Source: Bdellovibrionota bacterium (lineage in GTDB: Bacteria; Bdellovibrionota_C; UBA2361; CALJRW01). Taken from it: DNA of 28,641 bases. Location: positions 1 to 28,641 of the forward strand of contig JBGSMD010000019.1 in NCBI GenBank assembly GCA_041740355.1, given 5' to 3'. Under the pieces are notes generated by a model. The model ran no database searches, had not been told where the DNA came from, and worked only from the letters and a program-made list of their open reading frames with translations. Positions 26,342-28,641 of this stretch are shown here, one piece after another. Both the position numbers and the translations under genes were made by a program. The first letter of the stretch is position 1. Each line of letters begins with the position of its first letter.

Positions 26342-28641
26342 TTAAAATGTTTTACGTAATGATTCCCTGAGTTGAGACTTTAATTCTATGATTAACTCCT
26401 CTAGTTCTTCAGGAGTAAGTTGTTCTAAGGTTGTGCCATTGCCTTTACTAGCCAACAGTACTTCCATTAGGTATTTCTCTTCGAGTGTTAGATTTTCAAG
26501 CTTACCTTTGAATTTCTTTAGTCCTTGCATTAGCATCATAAAACATAATAATTCTTCAATTGATAAGTCTGGAAGTTGATTGGCAAATAATTTCCTAAAA
26601 TCAATTGTGCTTAAATCCTCAAGTTTGGAATTAAGTAGTCCATTAAGCGCTTGATCTAAATTTGGAATAATCTCACTAAGATCGAATTCTTTACCATCAT
26701 TAAGTAATTTAATTATGCCACTTAGTTGTAAGGTTTCAACTTCGCTGGACTGAATAACATCAATTAAGTTTACAAGTAACATTCGGGCATCTTCTGGATT
26801 CTGAATCAAAAGCAATTTCAGCTCTTCTGGTAAAGCAATATCATCTTCCACTCCAAACTCGATAGCTTGGTTTATTAGTGCAATTAAATCAATTAACTCT
26901 TGATTGACTTCAATCTCTGGAATAAACAATTCTGGGTGCAATTCTTCTAATTTTAAGTTATTAGTTATTTCCACGGTAATTTCATCAACTAATTTAGTTT
27001 GTTCATCTTCGGAAATAATATTATTTGTATTGCTTAATACATTATCAATTTTATCTTCTGGTGATGCTAAATGGGTTTCTGATTCCTGAGTCAGCTCTAA
27101 CTCAGGATCGAATGACTCAAGAGGGGAGGCCACTTGAAGGTCTAGTAATTCTAGTTCTTTGTCTAGTCCTGTGTCACTTTCTTTAGCGACCACTAAACTT
27201 TCCGCAACTTCCGTCAACTCGTCTTCTGTTACTAATATTTCTTCTGTTACTTCAGGTTCAGCTACTGTTTTTAATTCTTGGCCCAACTCATTATCAGGTG
27301 AAGTTTCAAGTAATTCTTCAGGAAGTGCTTCATTAGCCAGCATTACTTCTAACTCTGGATCAACTTCTTGAGCTGACTGTTGTAGTTCTAATTTAACATC
27401 CTCTGTATCTGGTAGGTCTTCAGCACTTACAACTTCTAGATCTTTTTCAACTCCTGCAATCAATTCTGGATTGATTAGTTCTACACCTTCTTGTGATAAT
27501 AGTATTTCTTCAGTTATCTCAGGATTAATTAGTACTTGGTTTTCTAAATTGGAATCAATTGGATAGTCTAGATTTATTTCTAAAGGTAGCTCTGGTGAAA
27601 GAGCAAAAATTGGATCTTTAGCAAGTTCAAGATTACTATTTTCTAAATTATCCTTAGTGATTGTTTCTTCTTTTGGATCAATCACCTGATCGGGATTAAT
27701 TTCCGAACTTAGAAGATCTTTAAGATTTGTATCTTTTGGATTAATAGCATCTTCGATCACTATATCTTGATTATTTGGGCTGAAGGGAAGATTTTTTTCC
27801 AGAAACTCAGGCTGACTAATGTTAGGATCCTCAATTTCCTTTTTTAAATATGTTTTTAAGTTTTCATTTAGATCGGTCACAAGATTTGATTCTACAGATT
27901 GTAAAATAGGATCAACATGTTCTGCTTGTTCCAACTTAGAATTTACTACAGTTGTTGGATTTTCATTATCAATAAGTAAGTTTGCATTAAGCTCTGTCTC
28001 AATTTTGTCTCTTAAAGGTTTTTCATCTTTTTTGTCATTTAAAAGTAGCTCTTCTCTAATCTTTATCTCAACATCAAAATCATCTGGTTCAGAAGCAATT
28101 GCTTTAGTTAACTCATTTAAAGTTTGATTATCTAGAATAGGAATATCTAAGTTTTCATAGTGTTTGTGATCTACATCAACAACTGGTGCTAACATGAAAT
28201 CAACCGCCTCCGCATTTGGCTGAATCCTATTCTCTATTTTATCTAAATCAGCAGTAGGTTTTACAAAGTGTCCACAGTTCTCATCGTGAGTATGAGTAAG
28301 TTCAGCAACTGGTGCTGACATGAAATCAACCGCCTCAGAATTATCTTGAACTCCAACCGACATTTTGTCTAAACCAGCAGTAGGTTTTGCTATGTGTCCA
28401 CAGTTATCATCGTGAGTATGAGTAAGTTCAGCAACTGGTGCTGACATGAAATCTACCGATTCAGCATTAGGCTGAATCCTGCTCTCCATTTTGTCTAGAT
28501 CAGCAGTAGGTTTGGCTAAGTGTCCACAGTTCTCATCGTGAGTATGAGGAAGCTCCGCAACTGGTGCTGACATAAAATCAACCACCTCAGAATTAGCTTG
28601 AACTCCAACAGACATTTTGTCTAATCCAGCAGTAGGTTTGG
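26342..28641 (-). CDS. Very acidic low-complexity protein with tandem 42-aa His/Cys repeats; 5' end lies outside the window
   Basis: The frame stays open upstream of the tracked ATG at 28615 (KPTAGLDK-M), so that Met is internal to the repeat. Body is E/D/N/L/P-rich. Confidence 0.85.
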   Translation of the reverse strand, partial: KPTAGLDKMSVGVQANSEVVDFMSAPVAELPHTHDENCGHLAKPTADLDKMESRIQPNAESVDFMSAPVAELTHTHDDNCGHIAKPTAGLDKMSVGVQDNSEAVDFMSAPVAELTHTHDENCGHFVKPTADLDKIENRIQPNAEAVDFMLAPVVDVDHKHYENLDIPILDNQTLNELTKAIASEPDDFDVEIKIREELLLNDKKDEKPLRDKIETELNANLLIDNENPTTVVNSKLEQAEHVDPILQSVESNLVTDLNENLKTYLKKEIEDPNISQPEFLEKNLPFSPNNQDIVIEDAINPKDTNLKDLLSSEINPDQVIDPKEETITKDNLENSNLELAKDPIFALSPELPLEINLDYPIDSNLENQVLINPEITEEILLSQEGVELINPELIAGVEKDLEVVSAEDLPDTEDVKLELQQSAQEVDPELEVMLANEALPEELLETSPDNELGQELKTVAEPEVTEEILVTEDELTEVAESLVVAKESDTGLDKELELLDLQVASPLESFDPELELTQESETHLASPEDKIDNVLSNTNNIISEDEQTKLVDEITVEITNNLKLEELHPELFIPEIEVNQELIDLIALINQAIEFGVEDDIALPEELKLLLIQNPEDARMLLVNLIDVIQSSEVETLQLSGIIKLLNDGKEFDLSEIIPNLDQALNGLLNSKLEDLSTIDFRKLFANQLPDLSIEELLCFMMLMQGLKKFKGKLENLTLEEKYLMEVLLASKGNGTTLEQLTPEELEELIIELKSQLRESLRKTF
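28160..28641 (-). repeat. 126-bp coding tandem repeat (three full units plus partial units at each side), alternating A/B variants
   Basis: Units 28615-28490, 28489-28364, 28363-28238 encode VDFMSAPVAELxHTHD[ED]NCGHxxKPTAxLDK. Confidence 0.95.

Larger units (their letters stand above)
19184..28641. mobile_element. Probable tRNA-Leu-integrated genomic island; right boundary not seen
   Basis: Integrase directly downstream of the tRNA, arm-site-like repeats, an IS and accessory cargo. No duplicated tRNA 3' end was noticed in the window. Confidence 0.55.

Noticed and set aside
2083-28127. Short overlapping ORFs (2083, 4230, 7909, 8760, 9604, 10423, 10647, 12422, 12450, 14754, 15790, 20011, 20778, 22858, 24368, 24535, 26388, 26904, 27159, 27819)
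   Set aside because: Antisense or alternate-frame shadows of longer, better-supported genes with no recognisable motifs; the Ser-rich ones mirror Glu-rich codons on the other strand.

Overview
AT-rich bacterial chromosomal window; the taxon cannot be fixed from sequence alone. Left to right: a cluster of short palindromic repeats, a BrnT/BrnA-type toxin-antitoxin pair, glmS, a three-gene accessory patch (T4 gp30.3-like NADAR, a kinase-fold-like ORF, a PRTase-domain protein), a reduced dcw cluster (mraZ-rsmH-ftsL-ftsI-murE-mraY-ftsW-murG, without murF or murD) behind an unusually long structured leader, aspS, a secreted protein and tRNA-Leu(UAA). After the tRNA comes a probable integrated island: tyrosine integrase, an apparently complete IS3-family element, a four-gene Cys-rich operon (Y4yA-type fold-III PLP enzyme and a cysteine-synthase-like/rhodanese fusion), and a convergent acidic protein with 42-aa His/Cys repeats that runs off the window end. 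Best leads: (1) a ~60-bp non-coding element with copies nested inside other copies at the same junction at two loci; (2) the Cys/His-rich PLP-enzyme operon, a candidate metal/sulfur metabolite system; (3) the NADAR/PRTase/kinase-like patch. All family calls come from motif recognition by eye, not database searches.
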